Below, in pieces: positions 1 through 10,510 of a DNA stretch of 64,000 nucleotides (the stretch's first letter is position 1; the number at the start of each line of letters is the position of its first letter). The notes below the pieces were generated by a model. The model searched no databases. It was not told the origin of the DNA and saw only the letters and a list, made by a program, of their open reading frames with translations. The position numbers and the translations under genes were made by a program. The stretch comes from Candidatus Latescibacterota bacterium (GTDB taxonomy: Bacteria; Latescibacterota; UBA2968; UBA8231): the NCBI GenBank assembly GCA_965208105.1, contig OZ242318.1:4288001-4352000 (forward strand). Direction: 5' to 3'.

Positions 1-182
1 TTCCGGCCGATAACTTTCGCTGCGAGCCGGGCTCGACAGCTGCTTGGGTCAATCCATGAAGGGCTGCGCTGGATCAACCCCCGCTGCCGGCGGGAACCGG
101 GCCTGTTTCAGGCGTTTTTTGAGGGGCTGCGCACTGCGGCCCCAGAAAACATTTCCACTGCTGATCCTGGTCGAGCAGGAAC

Positions 183-215
183 AAAAAAAACCGCCGCGAG
201 CGGACTCGACGGCGG
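183..215 (-). terminator. Rho-independent terminator (minus strand)
   Basis: CCGCCG-CGAG/CTCG-A-CGGCGG hairpin preceded on + by A8 (U-tract on -). Confidence 0.55.
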
Positions 216-633
216 ATCGGAATGGTGCTTGCTGCTATATTCTACTCCTCGAGCAGCCGTCGAATCTCCCCCCGGTGCAGGGCGCACTTGTCGTTGCGTT
301 TGACCGGGCGTTTGGTGTCGAGAGATTTTTGCGAATTAGTCGTCATTTTTCAGTTCGTGGGTTCAGGAGACTTTCGACTTGCCAAAAATAGAAACAATCC
401 AAATTCGAGTCAAGCCTGCCCGGGCAGGCTCCCGCAAGCATGGGGCGTTCCCGGGCGGGTCGCATGACCCGCATCGCCCATTCCACCGGGGGCGGCCTGA
501 GGATTATCAGGGAGGATGGGAACCGTTCCTCGACGCAACCGTTCCTTGGGACTATTTTGATTGTTCCCAGGTGGTCGCGCCGGTTCGGGCGGCCCGGTTC
601 GTTGCCCCTGAACCCCCTGCAAGGAGGTTGTTC

Positions 634-1842
634 TTGCGAGTTCTCATTTCCCTCTGCACCCTGGCCGCTGTCCTGTGCGGCTGCGGCGACAGGGACCCTC
701 TCTCCAGCTCCGGGCCCCGCGCCGGCGAACCCTCAGCCAAGCTCACGGGCAGCGCCCTTGCGGTGGCCGGCCTGTCGGAGAACCACCCTGCCCACGTCAG
801 GATCGGCGTAATGTTCACCGCTCCGACCCGGAGCAACACCTTGAAAGGAGCGCAGTTGGCGGAAAGGCAACTGAACCTGGCGGGCGGTGTGGGCGGCCTG
901 CCCATCGCCATCATCCCTCGCGGGGATATAGGCGGAACCGAAGAGGCGGCGGAGGTAGCGGAGGAATTGATCACCAGGCAGGGGGTGGTGGCTATCGTCG
1001 GGCCCAACCGCTCCCTATATGCGGTGGCCGCCGGCGCGGTTGCCCAGGAACACGGCATTCCGATGGTGACCACCACCGCCACCAATCCTGGAGTTACCGC
1101 CGTAGGTGACTACGTCTTCATGGCCGCGTTCACCGACGACTTTCAAGGCAAGGTGATGGCGCGCTTCGCCGTCGGGGAGCTGGGAGCGAGGACCGCCGCG
1201 GTCCTGACCCGGCAGGAGTCCATCTATTCGGAGGGATTGTCGCGCACCTTCGTCGAGAACTTCGAGGATCTCGGCGGCGAAGTGGTCCACGCGCCCTTCT
1301 ACCAGGCGGGTGAAACCGAATTCTCGGAGCAGCTGGGTCCCATCGCCGAATCGGCGCCGGACGTCTTCTTCCTGCCCGGATTCTCAACTGAAATCCCCCT
1401 GGTGGTCCAGCAGGCGAAGGACCTCGGCATCGGGGGAATCCTCCTCGGCGGCGACAGCTGGGACAACTCCGCCCTGGTCGCCTCCCACGGCGCCATTCTG
1501 GAAGGAAGTTTTTTTTCGACCTTTTTCTCCTCCGAAGCACCGCCGGCAGCTTTGAGCGAAGAGGCCAACCGCTTCATCGCCGCTTACACCGGGATTTTCC
1601 GGGTCGTACCCGACGGCGGAGCGGCCCTGGGGTACGATGCCTTCAGGCTGGTCGCCCAGGCCCTCGGCCGGGCATCCGGCCCGGACCCGGCGGTGATTCG
1701 CGACGAGCTTGCGGCGACCAGGGACTACAGCGGGGCGACCTTCATCTCGGGTTTCGACGAGAACCGGCACACCTCGAAGAGCGCGGTCATCAACCGCATT
1801 GTCAACGGAGAGATACGTTTCCACCTGTTGATCGATCCCTGA
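634..1842 (+). CDS. ABC transporter substrate-binding lipoprotein, branched-chain amino acid (LivJ/LivK) family
   Basis: AAGGAGG RBS 621-627 before TTG 634; lipobox-like LAAVLCGC; 'GVVAIVGP', 'TATNPGVT..GDYVF', 'ALGYDA' motifs. Confidence 0.85.
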   Translation: MRVLISLCTLAAVLCGCGDRDPLSSSGPRAGEPSAKLTGSALAVAGLSENHPAHVRIGVMFTAPTRSNTLKGAQLAERQLNLAGGVGGLPIAIIPRGDIGGTEEAAEVAEELITRQGVVAIVGPNRSLYAVAAGAVAQEHGIPMVTTTATNPGVTAVGDYVFMAAFTDDFQGKVMARFAVGELGARTAAVLTRQESIYSEGLSRTFVENFEDLGGEVVHAPFYQAGETEFSEQLGPIAESAPDVFFLPGFSTEIPLVVQQAKDLGIGGILLGGDSWDNSALVASHGAILEGSFFSTFFSSEAPPAALSEEANRFIAAYTGIFRVVPDGGAALGYDAFRLVAQALGRASGPDPAVIRDELAATRDYSGATFISGFDENRHTSKSAVINRIVNGEIRFHLLIDP

Positions 1843-1987
1843 GAGGTCCGCGTCCGGGCTGCGGCGGGATTCACCCGTGGTGTATCTTCAAACCCGGTCC
1901 ATCCCCGGGACCTGGATGTCCGCGCGGGCCGGGGGGCGGTCCTGGTGACGGAATGGATGAAATGGACGGGGATGGATACAGTTGCGG

Positions 1988-4183
1988 ATGACGGTCGTTG
2001 AGGAGGAGATTCAGCTCCTGGCAAGGGGCGAGCACCCCGATCCCTTTCAGCTCCTGGGAGCGCACGAGGTCGGCGCGGACGACCGCCGCGTCGCGGTGCG
2101 CGCCTTTGTTCCATGGGCGCAATCGGTGTCGGTTCTGGGCGCCTCCGGGACAGCCCGTCCCCTGGCGCGCCTGCATCCTGACGGTTTCTTCGAGGCGATA
2201 TTGAGCCCCGCGCCGATGGTCCCCTACCAGTTGGAGATCACCCATCAAGGCGGAGCCGTCGAGAGCATCCACGACCCCTATTCCTTTCCTCCACGGTTCG
2301 GTGCCTCCGACCTGAACCTCTTCAGCGCCGGTACCCATCCGAATATCGGCGGCGAGCTCGGGGCCCATCCGCTGGTCTCCCATGGCGTCTCCGGAGTCGG
2401 GTTCGCCGTGTGGGCGCCCGCCGCCCGGCGCGTCAGCGTGGTCGGCGACTTCAATGCGTGGGACGGCAGGCGCCATCCCATGCGCCACCACGGCGGTTCC
2501 GGGGTTTGGGAGATCTTCCTCCCAGGAGTGGAACCCGGCGCTCTCTACAAATTCGAAATCAAGACGCAGGCAGGTGAAATCCTGTTGAAAAGCGATCCCT
2601 ATGGCTCCGGCATGGAACTGCGGCCGCAATCGGCGTCCATCGTGCAGGGCCGCGCCGAAGGGAGCCCGGGCGACGGCGAGTGGATGGAGGCAAGGGCGCG
2701 GACGGACCAGAGGCGGGCTCCGGTGGCCATCTACGAGGTCCACCTGGGGTCCTGGCGCCGGGGCGGGGACGACCGCCCGCTGACCTACCCGGAGCTTGCC
2801 CGCGAGCTGGTCCCATACGTGAAGGAGATGGGCTTCACCCACCTCGAGCTGCTGCCGGTGATGGAACATCCGCTGGACGAGTCCTGGGGCTATCAGGTGG
2901 TGGGCTATTTCGCCCCCACCAGCCGTCACGGCACCCCGGATGATTTCCGCTGCTTCGTCGACTGTTGCCACAGGAACGGGATCGGCGTCATCCTCGACTG
3001 GGTCCCCGCTCACTTCCCTCAAGACGGCCACGGACTCGCCCGGTTCGACGGCACCTGCCTCTACGAATACGCCGACCCGCGCCGGGGCTTCCACCCCGAC
3101 TGGGGCACGCTGATTTTCGACTACGGGCGCGCCGAAGTACGCAACTTCCTCTGTGCCAATGCACTATTCTGGCTCGAGGAATTCCGCGTGGACGGACTGC
3201 GGGTGGATGCGGTTTCCTCCATGCTCTACCTGGACTACTCCAGGGGAGAGGGAGAGTGGCTGCCCAACCGCCACGGAGGGCGCGAGAACCTGGAAGCCAT
3301 CGACTTCGTCAGGCAGCTCAACCGTGCGGTCAGCTCCCGGGTCCCCGGGGCCATGATGATCGCCGAAGAGTCGACTCCGTGGCCGGGGGTGTCGCGGCCA
3401 CCCGGCGCGGGAGGCCTGGGATTCGATTTCAAGTGGAACATGGGATGGATGAACGACACCCTTGAGTATTTCTCCAGGGAGCCCGCCGGGCGCACGGCGC
3501 ACCACGACCTGCTGACTTCCGGTCTGGGCAACGCGTTTCAGGAAAACTATGTCCTGCCCCTCTCCCATGACGAGGTGGTGCACGAGAAAGCTTCCCTGCT
3601 CGCGAAGATGCCCGGCGACAGCCGGGCGAGATTCGCCAACCTGCGCCTGCTCTACGGCTACATGTACGGCCATCCCGGCAAGAAGCATCTCTTCATGGGC
3701 GGAGAAATCGGCCAGGAGACAGAATGGGATTGCGGCCGCGGTCTCGACTGGCACCTGCTCGCCAGCGAGCCCCACGCCCGACTGCGGCGGTTCGTCGCCG
3801 ATTTGAACCGGCTCTACCGCTCCGAGCCGGCGTTCTTCGAGGGCGACTGCCACGGGGCGGGTTTCGAGTGGATAGACTTCAGCGACGCGGAGCACAGCGT
3901 TCTCGCCTTCATGCGCCACGCGCTTGGAGGGAGCCCTTCCCTCGTCTTCGTCTTCAACTTCGACCTGGCTGCCCGCCACGACTACCGGATCGGGGTGCCC
4001 GAAGCCGGCTATTACCGCGAGGTGCTCAACAGCGACGCAGAGTGCTACGGAGGAAGCGGTCTGGGCAACGGGGCCGGCCTCGCCTCGGCCCGTGTTCCCT
4101 GGCACGGGAAGCCCTGCTCGTTGCGGATGGCCCTGCCTCCGCTGGCTGTGGTGGTGCTCAAACCGGTCGAGGCCCTCCCCTGA
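1988..4183 (+). CDS. glgB: 1,4-alpha-glucan branching enzyme
   Basis: FAVWAP, IYEVHLGSW, SWGYQ, DWVPAHFP, DGLRVDAV, AEEST, KWNMGWMND, LSHDEVVH motifs. Confidence 0.97.
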   Translation: MTVVEEEIQLLARGEHPDPFQLLGAHEVGADDRRVAVRAFVPWAQSVSVLGASGTARPLARLHPDGFFEAILSPAPMVPYQLEITHQGGAVESIHDPYSFPPRFGASDLNLFSAGTHPNIGGELGAHPLVSHGVSGVGFAVWAPAARRVSVVGDFNAWDGRRHPMRHHGGSGVWEIFLPGVEPGALYKFEIKTQAGEILLKSDPYGSGMELRPQSASIVQGRAEGSPGDGEWMEARARTDQRRAPVAIYEVHLGSWRRGGDDRPLTYPELARELVPYVKEMGFTHLELLPVMEHPLDESWGYQVVGYFAPTSRHGTPDDFRCFVDCCHRNGIGVILDWVPAHFPQDGHGLARFDGTCLYEYADPRRGFHPDWGTLIFDYGRAEVRNFLCANALFWLEEFRVDGLRVDAVSSMLYLDYSRGEGEWLPNRHGGRENLEAIDFVRQLNRAVSSRVPGAMMIAEESTPWPGVSRPPGAGGLGFDFKWNMGWMNDTLEYFSREPAGRTAHHDLLTSGLGNAFQENYVLPLSHDEVVHEKASLLAKMPGDSRARFANLRLLYGYMYGHPGKKHLFMGGEIGQETEWDCGRGLDWHLLASEPHARLRRFVADLNRLYRSEPAFFEGDCHGAGFEWIDFSDAEHSVLAFMRHALGGSPSLVFVFNFDLAARHDYRIGVPEAGYYREVLNSDAECYGGSGLGNGAGLASARVPWHGKPCSLRMALPPLAVVVLKPVEALP

Positions 4184-4457
4184 ATGGCCGCGGGGCGGAA
4201 CCGCAAGGACGGCGCCCACTTGTCCGGATCCGCACCTTTGCGCGGATGCCCCGCGGACCCTGGCCGGGGAGCGCGGCATCCTGATCCCCGGGTTTTCCCG
4301 GGAGGGCTTCGGGCAGGCGGGAGGGGGAAGGATTCCCACCGGCTCCCCAAGGATGTTGCCGCTGCTCGCTCTTGCCGCACGGGCGTCCTTCCTCCATATT
4401 TGGCCTCTCAAAATTTCCTTCCTAAAGTTTGCACCGGGGCGAGGATACGAGCCTGGC

Positions 4458-6197
4458 ATGAGTTCGGTCATTCACGTAACCCACGAGGCGGTGGTCAAGG
4501 TGGGGGGAATCGGGGCGGTGCTTGAGGGATTGATCACGACCTCCTCCTACCAGGCGAACATCGGACGCACGATCCTGGTCGGACCCCTGTTCTCGCCGGA
4601 GGACGAGGACGCGCTCGCCGCGGAGGGGGAGATAGGCTACTCCTCTCCTTCGGGGAGGCGCAGCGGGGCAACGGGGGAAGGGCTGCATCTGGTTGAGCGG
4701 AAGTACCACACCCCTCTGGTCTACGGTTGGCGCAGGATGGTCGATAGTTCCGGCCATGCCAGCGCGGTGGAGGTGCTCCTGGTCGATGTGAGCCAGGTCG
4801 ACACGGAGCTTGAGAACCGGTTCAAATTCGAACTCTACCAGAGGTTCGGCCTGCAGTCCGACCGCTATGAATCCAACTGGGACTATCTCCAGTACCTGCG
4901 CCTGGCCGAGCCGGCCTACGAGGCGCTGCAGGCCATGCTGGGGGACAGTCCGGGACCCCACTTCGTGCTCTCCCACGAGTACATGGGAATGCCCCTCGCT
5001 CTCAAGTCCATCACCGCCGCCGACCCTCGCTTCCACACCATTTTTCACGCCCACGAGGTGGCCACCGTCCGCCCCATCGTGGAGAATGCGCCGGGCCGCG
5101 ACGCCATGTTCTACAACGTGATGGCGCTGGCCATGGAAGCCGGCCTCAGCATCGGGGACGTGTTCGGCGACCAGTCGGGGTTCTACCGCCACGCCCTGGT
5201 GGAGCGCTCGCACCGCTGCGACTCCGTCTTCGCCGTGGGAGATCGGATCGTCGATGAGCTGCGCTTTCTGGGTCCGGGGTTGCGGGACGCTGCCATCGAC
5301 CTGGTCTACAACGGGGTCCCGGCGGTGGAGATCAGCGCGGAGGAGAAGAAGGCCTCGGTTGACCGCATGAGAAGCTATGCCGAGGCTCTGACCGGGGTCC
5401 GGCCGCAGGTGGTCTTCACCCACGTTTCCAGGCCGGTGGCGAGCAAGGGGTTCTGGCGCGACCTGCGGATACTGGAACACCTGGACCGGGCATTCGCCGC
5501 CGATGGCCGCAGCGGAGTGCTCTACCTGCTCTCCACCGCCGCGGGCAGCCGGACTCCCGAGGATGTGCTGCGCATGGAGGCCGAGTACGGGTGGCCCCTG
5601 GACCACCGCGCCGGCTACCCCGATCTCGAGGGCCCGGAGGTGGACCTGTGGGCGGCGGCGAGCGCCTTCAACCAGAAGGCCAGGGCCATCCGCGTGGTCT
5701 TCGTCAACCAGTTCGGCTGGGACCGGGGGCTCTGCGGGCGGCGCATGCCCGCCGGGATGTCCTTCGCCGATCTGCGCCGGGGAACCCAGGTGGAGTTCGG
5801 CCTCTCCATCTACGAGCCCTTCGGAATCGCCCAGGTGGAGCCGCTGTCCTTCGGCGCCCTCTGCGTGGTCAGCGACGTGTGCGGATGCCGTGGATACGTC
5901 CGACGGGCGGCGGGAGAGCAGGACTTTGCCAACCTGATCGCGGCCGCCTACACGGACCTGGGCGGGACGCGCGGCATGGAAGACCTGATGCGAATGGAGG
6001 CCCCCGAGCTGGAGCGCATAGAAGCCGGCGCCAGCGCCGCGGCAGCCGGCGAGATCCTCGAACGCCTGCCGCGAAGCGAGGAGGAGGAGTGGAAGGCGGT
6101 GCAGCGGGGCTATGGCGTTGCCCGCAATATGAGCTGGGAACGGGTCTGCGAGGACTTCTTCCTTCCTGGACTGGGGAGGGCGGCGCGAAGGCGCTGA
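4458..6197 (+). CDS. Glycogen synthase-like GT-B glycosyltransferase (GT3-like)
   Basis: HEAVVKVGGIGAV, HEYM, FHAHE, YEPFG motifs; next to glgB; ATG 4458 preferred over ORF start 3924. Confidence 0.65.
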   Translation: MSSVIHVTHEAVVKVGGIGAVLEGLITTSSYQANIGRTILVGPLFSPEDEDALAAEGEIGYSSPSGRRSGATGEGLHLVERKYHTPLVYGWRRMVDSSGHASAVEVLLVDVSQVDTELENRFKFELYQRFGLQSDRYESNWDYLQYLRLAEPAYEALQAMLGDSPGPHFVLSHEYMGMPLALKSITAADPRFHTIFHAHEVATVRPIVENAPGRDAMFYNVMALAMEAGLSIGDVFGDQSGFYRHALVERSHRCDSVFAVGDRIVDELRFLGPGLRDAAIDLVYNGVPAVEISAEEKKASVDRMRSYAEALTGVRPQVVFTHVSRPVASKGFWRDLRILEHLDRAFAADGRSGVLYLLSTAAGSRTPEDVLRMEAEYGWPLDHRAGYPDLEGPEVDLWAAASAFNQKARAIRVVFVNQFGWDRGLCGRRMPAGMSFADLRRGTQVEFGLSIYEPFGIAQVEPLSFGALCVVSDVCGCRGYVRRAAGEQDFANLIAAAYTDLGGTRGMEDLMRMEAPELERIEAGASAAAAGEILERLPRSEEEEWKAVQRGYGVARNMSWERVCEDFFLPGLGRAARRR

Positions 6198-6296
6198 GGG
6201 GCATGGAACGGAGAGCCGGGGAATGAGCCCCATCGCCACCATAGACGTCACCCCGTCCCGCCGCCACAGCTGCGGGACCTGGAGGAAGGTTGATTC

Positions 6297-7049
6297 GTGG
6301 TCCGTCTGCAATCATTGAGTTTCCTTGCCTGTGTGCTGGCCGCCGCGTCCGTCCTGGCGCAGGAGAATTCGCCCGAGGGGATAATCGCAAGGGTGGACCA
6401 GCTCTATCGCAGGGATACCAGCTACAGCAAGGTCGAGATGACGATCGTCACCCCCCACTGGGAGCGCCGGCTCGAAATGGAGATGTGGACCGAGGGGATG
6501 GACAAGTCGTTCATCCACATCACCGCGCCCAGGAAGGAGGCGGGCATGTCCACCCTGCGCATCGACCGGGAGATGTGGAACTACTTTCCCAGGATCGACA
6601 AGGTGATGAAGGTGCCCCCTTCGATGATGATGAGTTCGTGGATGGGATCGGACTTCACCAACGACGACCTGGTCAAGGAATCGTCCATGCTCGAGGATTA
6701 TGTCGCCGAGTTCGCCGAACCCGAGGGGGCGGAGGCGGGATTCCACTACATCGCCCTCATCCCAAGGGAGCACACCCCGTCGGTATGGGCAAGGATCGAG
6801 GTGGTGGTGCGCAAGAAGGACCTGATTCCGCGGCGCCAGGTCTTCTTCGACGAAAAGGGCGACGAGGTGCGGGTGATGGAGTTCAGGGAGGTCACCCGCT
6901 TCGGAGAGTTGAATCTTCCCGCCGTGGTCGAGATGGCGCCTTTGCGCAAGGAGGGGCACAGGACCATATTCCGCTACGTGGAGGCGCGTTTCGACGAAGT
7001 CCTGGAGGAGGGCACCTTCACCTTGCGCAACCTGCGCAGGAAGCGATAG
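6297..7049 (+). CDS. Outer membrane lipoprotein-sorting (LolA-like) protein
   Basis: Signal peptide; 'SMMMSSWMGSDFTNDDL', 'FTLRNL' motifs; precedes ABC permeases. Confidence 0.85.
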   Translation: MVRLQSLSFLACVLAAASVLAQENSPEGIIARVDQLYRRDTSYSKVEMTIVTPHWERRLEMEMWTEGMDKSFIHITAPRKEAGMSTLRIDREMWNYFPRIDKVMKVPPSMMMSSWMGSDFTNDDLVKESSMLEDYVAEFAEPEGAEAGFHYIALIPREHTPSVWARIEVVVRKKDLIPRRQVFFDEKGDEVRVMEFREVTRFGELNLPAVVEMAPLRKEGHRTIFRYVEARFDEVLEEGTFTLRNLRRKR

Positions 7050-7213
7050 TGTCCCGCCGCAGAAATATGCCGCCATTTTTCCGCCGATCCATCCCGGCTC
7101 ACGGCGTTGCCTTCACTTGCCGTACACCACCGGTTCGACTCGCTCAGGCGCCTTGTGAGCCGGGCGCCTCAGCGGCCCAATTTTGTCAACCTATCTCTGC
7201 GGAGGGACACTAG
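7047..7213. mobile_element. MITE copy 1 (~167 bp)
   Basis: TIR TAGTGTCCCGCCGCAGA...TCTGCGGAGGGACACTAG; near-identical to 8437-8604 and 49806-49974. Confidence 0.85.
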
Positions 7214-8440
7214 GTGGGCGCCGCGGCCCTTGCTCGGATCGCCTTGAGGAACGTCCTCAGGCAAAAGCAGCGCTCCCTCCTTACGGCGATGATGATGGCG
7301 GGAGGGTTCGTCCTCTGTTCCATCTCCCTGGGAACCTCCTACGGCACCTACTCCCACATCATCGACACCTTCACGCGCAACTTCACCGGCCACATCCAGA
7401 TCCACGGCAGAGGCTACCTCGAAGGACCCTCTCTCTACAACACCATCAGCGACGGCGAGGCCCTGGGCGCCAGGCTCGCCGGCCTGCCCGAGGTGCAGGC
7501 ATGGACGACCCGGGTCTACTCTCCGGTGCTGGTCTTCCTGGGCCAGAAGACAGCCGCCGCCAGACTGGTGGGAGTCCATCCCCTCAGGGAAGGGAGGACA
7601 TCCCGGCTGAAGGAAAAGGTGAAGCGGGGGCGCTTCGTGGCGCAGGAGCCCACCCGGGAGGTAGTCATCGGGGAGGGCCTGGCCGCGGTCCTCCAGGCGG
7701 AGATAGGGGACGAAATCGCCCTCATCGCCCAGGGCGCGGACGGATCATTCGCCAACGATCTGTTCGAGGTGGTAGGCCTGGTGGGGGATGCGGCCGGCGC
7801 CGACGCGCGCACGGGCTGCTACGTGCACATCCGCGCCGCCCAGGACTTCCTGGCCCTGGACCGGCGCCTGCACGAGATGGCGGTGGTGCTCGAAGACCAT
7901 GCCCGGGCGGAGGAGGCAGCTCAGCGGCTGGCGGCGGTCCTGGACGACGAGACCCTTGAAGTTGCGCCCTGGCAGGTGGTGGAGAGAGGATTTCACCAGG
8001 CCATGCAGGCCGACGTCAAGGGGATGTGGGTGTCCTTCCTGATCATCATGATCATCGTGGCGGTGGGGGTGCTCAACACCGTGCTCATGGCCATCCTGGA
8101 GCGCACCAGGGAGCTCGGGGTCCTGCGCGCCCTGGGCACTAGGCCGCGGCAGATATTCCAGCTCGTGGTGCTGGAGACCGCCTTCCTGGCGGGCATGAGC
8201 ATCGCCGCGGGAGCGGTGATCAGCCTGGCCTGCAATTACCTGATCTCCATCTACGGCATTCCCATGCCCACTGCCGTAGACTACGGGGGCATGCAGTTCA
8301 GCCGCATCCGGAGCAGCATCGCCCCCGGGACTATCTGGATCCCCGCCGCCGTGACCCTGGGGACGGCGGTGGGAGTGAGCGTGTTTCCCGGCCTGCGCGC
8401 GGCGAGGATTGCCCCGGTCGAGGCGCTGCGCAGACACTAG
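7214..8440 (+). CDS. ABC transporter permease (FtsX/MacB/LolE family)
   Basis: IALRNVLRQKQRS start; 'LNTVLMAILERTRELGVLRALG'; 'PVEALR' end. Confidence 0.92.
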   Translation: MGAAALARIALRNVLRQKQRSLLTAMMMAGGFVLCSISLGTSYGTYSHIIDTFTRNFTGHIQIHGRGYLEGPSLYNTISDGEALGARLAGLPEVQAWTTRVYSPVLVFLGQKTAAARLVGVHPLREGRTSRLKEKVKRGRFVAQEPTREVVIGEGLAAVLQAEIGDEIALIAQGADGSFANDLFEVVGLVGDAAGADARTGCYVHIRAAQDFLALDRRLHEMAVVLEDHARAEEAAQRLAAVLDDETLEVAPWQVVERGFHQAMQADVKGMWVSFLIIMIIVAVGVLNTVLMAILERTRELGVLRALGTRPRQIFQLVVLETAFLAGMSIAAGAVISLACNYLISIYGIPMPTAVDYGGMQFSRIRSSIAPGTIWIPAAVTLGTAVGVSVFPGLRAARIAPVEALRRH

Positions 8441-8604
8441 GGTCCCGTCGCAGAAATATGTCGCCATTGTTCTGCCGATCCATCCCGGATCACGGCGTTG
8501 CCTTCACTCGCCGTACACCACTGGTACGACTCGCTCAGGCGCCTTGTGAGCCGGGCGCCTCGGCGGCCCAATTTCGTCAACCCATCTCTGCGACGGGACC
8601 CTAG
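8437..8604. mobile_element. MITE copy 2
   Basis: Perfect TIR CTAGGGTCCCGTCGCAGA...TCTGCGACGGGACCCTAG. Confidence 0.88.
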
Positions 8605-8692
8605 GGCCTGAAATAGGTGCGGATCATGCGCAAGGAATAGTGGGACACGTTCCCGCTGCCGCGGCCCGAGGGGCATGTACCCGCGCCCGTCT

Positions 8693-9076
8693 TCAGTCCA
8701 CCACCGCCATGGCTTCGATCTCCACCAGCAGGGTGGGCAACGCAAGCTGCACTCCCACGGTGGAGCGCGCCGGCAGGCTGTCCCCGAAAAACTCGCCGTA
8801 GACCTCGTTCATGGCCTTGAAGTTGGCGAAGTCGGTAATGAAAACCGTGGTCTTGACCACGTCGTCCAGGGTCGCGCCGGCCCCCTCAAGGGCGTTCTTC
8901 ACGTTCTCGAGGGTCTGGCGGGTCTGGGCGGCGATGTCGCCTTCGCCCACCAGGTTGCCCTGGGCATCGAAGGCGATCTGCCCGGCGGTGGTGACTACGT
9001 TGCCCTTGCGGACCACGGCGTGGTAGGGAGCGCCCGGGGTCATCAGGGTATCGGGATTGATTCGTTGAATCGACAT
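8693..9076 (-). CDS. ridA: RidA/YjgF family reactive-imine deaminase
   Basis: AGQI, DDVVKTTVF, MNEVY, PARSTV, VEIEA motifs; RBS AGGAGG. Confidence 0.9.
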   Translation of the reverse strand: MSIQRINPDTLMTPGAPYHAVVRKGNVVTTAGQIAFDAQGNLVGEGDIAAQTRQTLENVKNALEGAGATLDDVVKTTVFITDFANFKAMNEVYGEFFGDSLPARSTVGVQLALPTLLVEIEAMAVVD

Positions 9077-9333
9077 TGAGAGCCTCCTTTGAGGTAATGG
9101 TGAAATGTCTCGGGGGTTCCTGGTGATGATGTATTGCGCTTCGCGGGACCGGGGTCAATTGTGATTCCTGTCCAGCTCGGCAAGCAGATCCCAGCCTCTG
9201 GAGGTGAGGGGGTACTTCTGCTTGGTGCTTCGGGGCTTTTAGGGGATAGTCATCTTCGAGATGGGGCTTGTCTTGCCAATTTCATTTTTTGTCTATCTGC
9301 GGATCATCGCATGAATGATTTGGGATTGCTATA

Positions 9334-9738
9334 TCAGCGGACCCAGTTTTCCAGCATGAGTCCCGGAACTTTCTCAAACTCTTTTACATTATTGCTCACC
9401 AAAACAAGCCCGTACGCACGGGCCTGACCCGCGATCATCATATCGTAGGGGCCGATTGGAGCACCGACGCGATATAGTTCCGCACGGATTCGCCCGAAAT
9501 GACTGGCCGAAACATGGTCGAACGGCATGATCTCAAGCCTTGTGGCCAGCGATTCAATATCCGCCAGATTGCGCTCGGGCTGGGCGGAGCGTTCAACGCC
9601 ATAGATGAGTTCGCCCCAAGTTACGGAAGAAATCGCCATCTGACCTTGCGACCGATTGAATTTTTGCCGCAGCGATTGGGGGCGGTCCTTGATGGCATGA
9701 ATCACCACATTGGTATCTAGAAGATACCTGAGCATCAA
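9334..9738 (-). CDS. vapC: VapC PIN-domain toxin
   Basis: YLLDTN, ISSVTWGEL, PIGPYDMMIAGQA, EFEKVPGLMLENW. Confidence 0.93.
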   Translation of the reverse strand: MMLRYLLDTNVVIHAIKDRPQSLRQKFNRSQGQMAISSVTWGELIYGVERSAQPERNLADIESLATRLEIMPFDHVSASHFGRIRAELYRVGAPIGPYDMMIAGQARAYGLVLVSNNVKEFEKVPGLMLENWVR

Positions 9739-9971
9739 AGTTTTTCCCGCCGTGCATCGGCCGGCTGTTCCCGTACCGACATGAAATCAACTGAAACACC
9801 GGGTCCGTCGAACCACTCATCCCAACTCTCTCCGGCAGGTGTGATAACGCGCTTTGACCCTATTGCGACGATGTCGACCTCGCGCACTGATTCCGGCAGT
9901 TCAACGGCCTTGGGAAGCCGCACCGCCTGGCTCTTGTTGCTCATAAAAACTTTCGTGTGTGCAGTTGCCAT
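9735..9971 (-). CDS. vapB: VapB antitoxin (AbrB/VagC type)
   Basis: TKVFMSNKSQAVRLPK, SWDEWF, REQP; overlaps vapC start. Confidence 0.93.
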   Translation of the reverse strand: MATAHTKVFMSNKSQAVRLPKAVELPESVREVDIVAIGSKRVITPAGESWDEWFDGPGVSVDFMSVREQPADARREKL

Positions 9972-10004
9972 GCTATAACCTCGATTCACTTGCTTCAATT
10001 CGAT

Positions 10005-10025
10005 GGATATACGATAAGGATATAC
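10005..10025 (-). promoter_or_regulatory. Probable vapBC operator/promoter repeats
   Basis: GGATATAC twice (10005-10012, 10018-10025) just upstream of vapB. Confidence 0.4.
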
Positions 10026-10120
10026 AAAAATGGCGAGGTCGCAAACATAATTATTCGTCTCTGTGCAGTGGGCCCTCGGTGAAAGTTGTAGTGCGCGGTG
10101 GGAGGGGTGAATTCATTTTC

Positions 10121-10510
10121 CTACTTCTCGACCTGTTGAGCTTGGTCATAGGGCCAACTCAAATTCAGGCCGCGGGCTAAGGCTTCGAGGCGCTGGTCCC
10201 GGGTCCACAATAGCGCCGGCGGAGCCAGGGCCGCGGCCGCCAGCAGATGAACATCAATATAACCGATGCCCCTTCCCATCAACTGCTTTCGTTCGAGAAA
10301 ATACAGCGCTTCGGACTCGGTCGCCGGAGAAAGAACGGGTAAATCCATCAGGCTGGAAAGGATTTCACCTCGGCCCGTGAGGTTGCCGCAGGCGATTTCG
10401 CCGATTACGAAAGGATGGGTAAGTACCTGGTTTCCATCGAGCAGCCGGGCCAGGATATCGTCCCCGCGGCGCAGATGCTCGATCCATACCGAGGTATCAA
10501 CCAGAACCAT
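10121..10510 (-). CDS. vapC: PIN-domain (VapC) toxin 2
   Basis: MVLVDTSVWIEH, HPFVIGEIACG, GIGYIDVHLL, LWTRD. Confidence 0.9.
   Translation of the reverse strand: MVLVDTSVWIEHLRRGDDILARLLDGNQVLTHPFVIGEIACGNLTGRGEILSSLMDLPVLSPATESEALYFLERKQLMGRGIGYIDVHLLAAAALAPPALLWTRDQRLEALARGLNLSWPYDQAQQVEK

Noticed and set aside
242-346. 34-aa minus-strand ORF upstream of the terminator
   Set aside because: No clear RBS or motif; cannot be supported.
3924-4457. N-terminal extension of the glycosyltransferase ORF
   Set aside because: Overlaps glgB and is low-complexity; family similarity begins at ATG 4458.
1871-6311. Long antisense or alternate-frame ORFs (1871-3094, 3164-4471, 4422-6311; likewise 35018-37084, 35103-36866, 50063-51685, 61052-62542)
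   Set aside because: Shadow ORFs of high-GC genes with no motifs.
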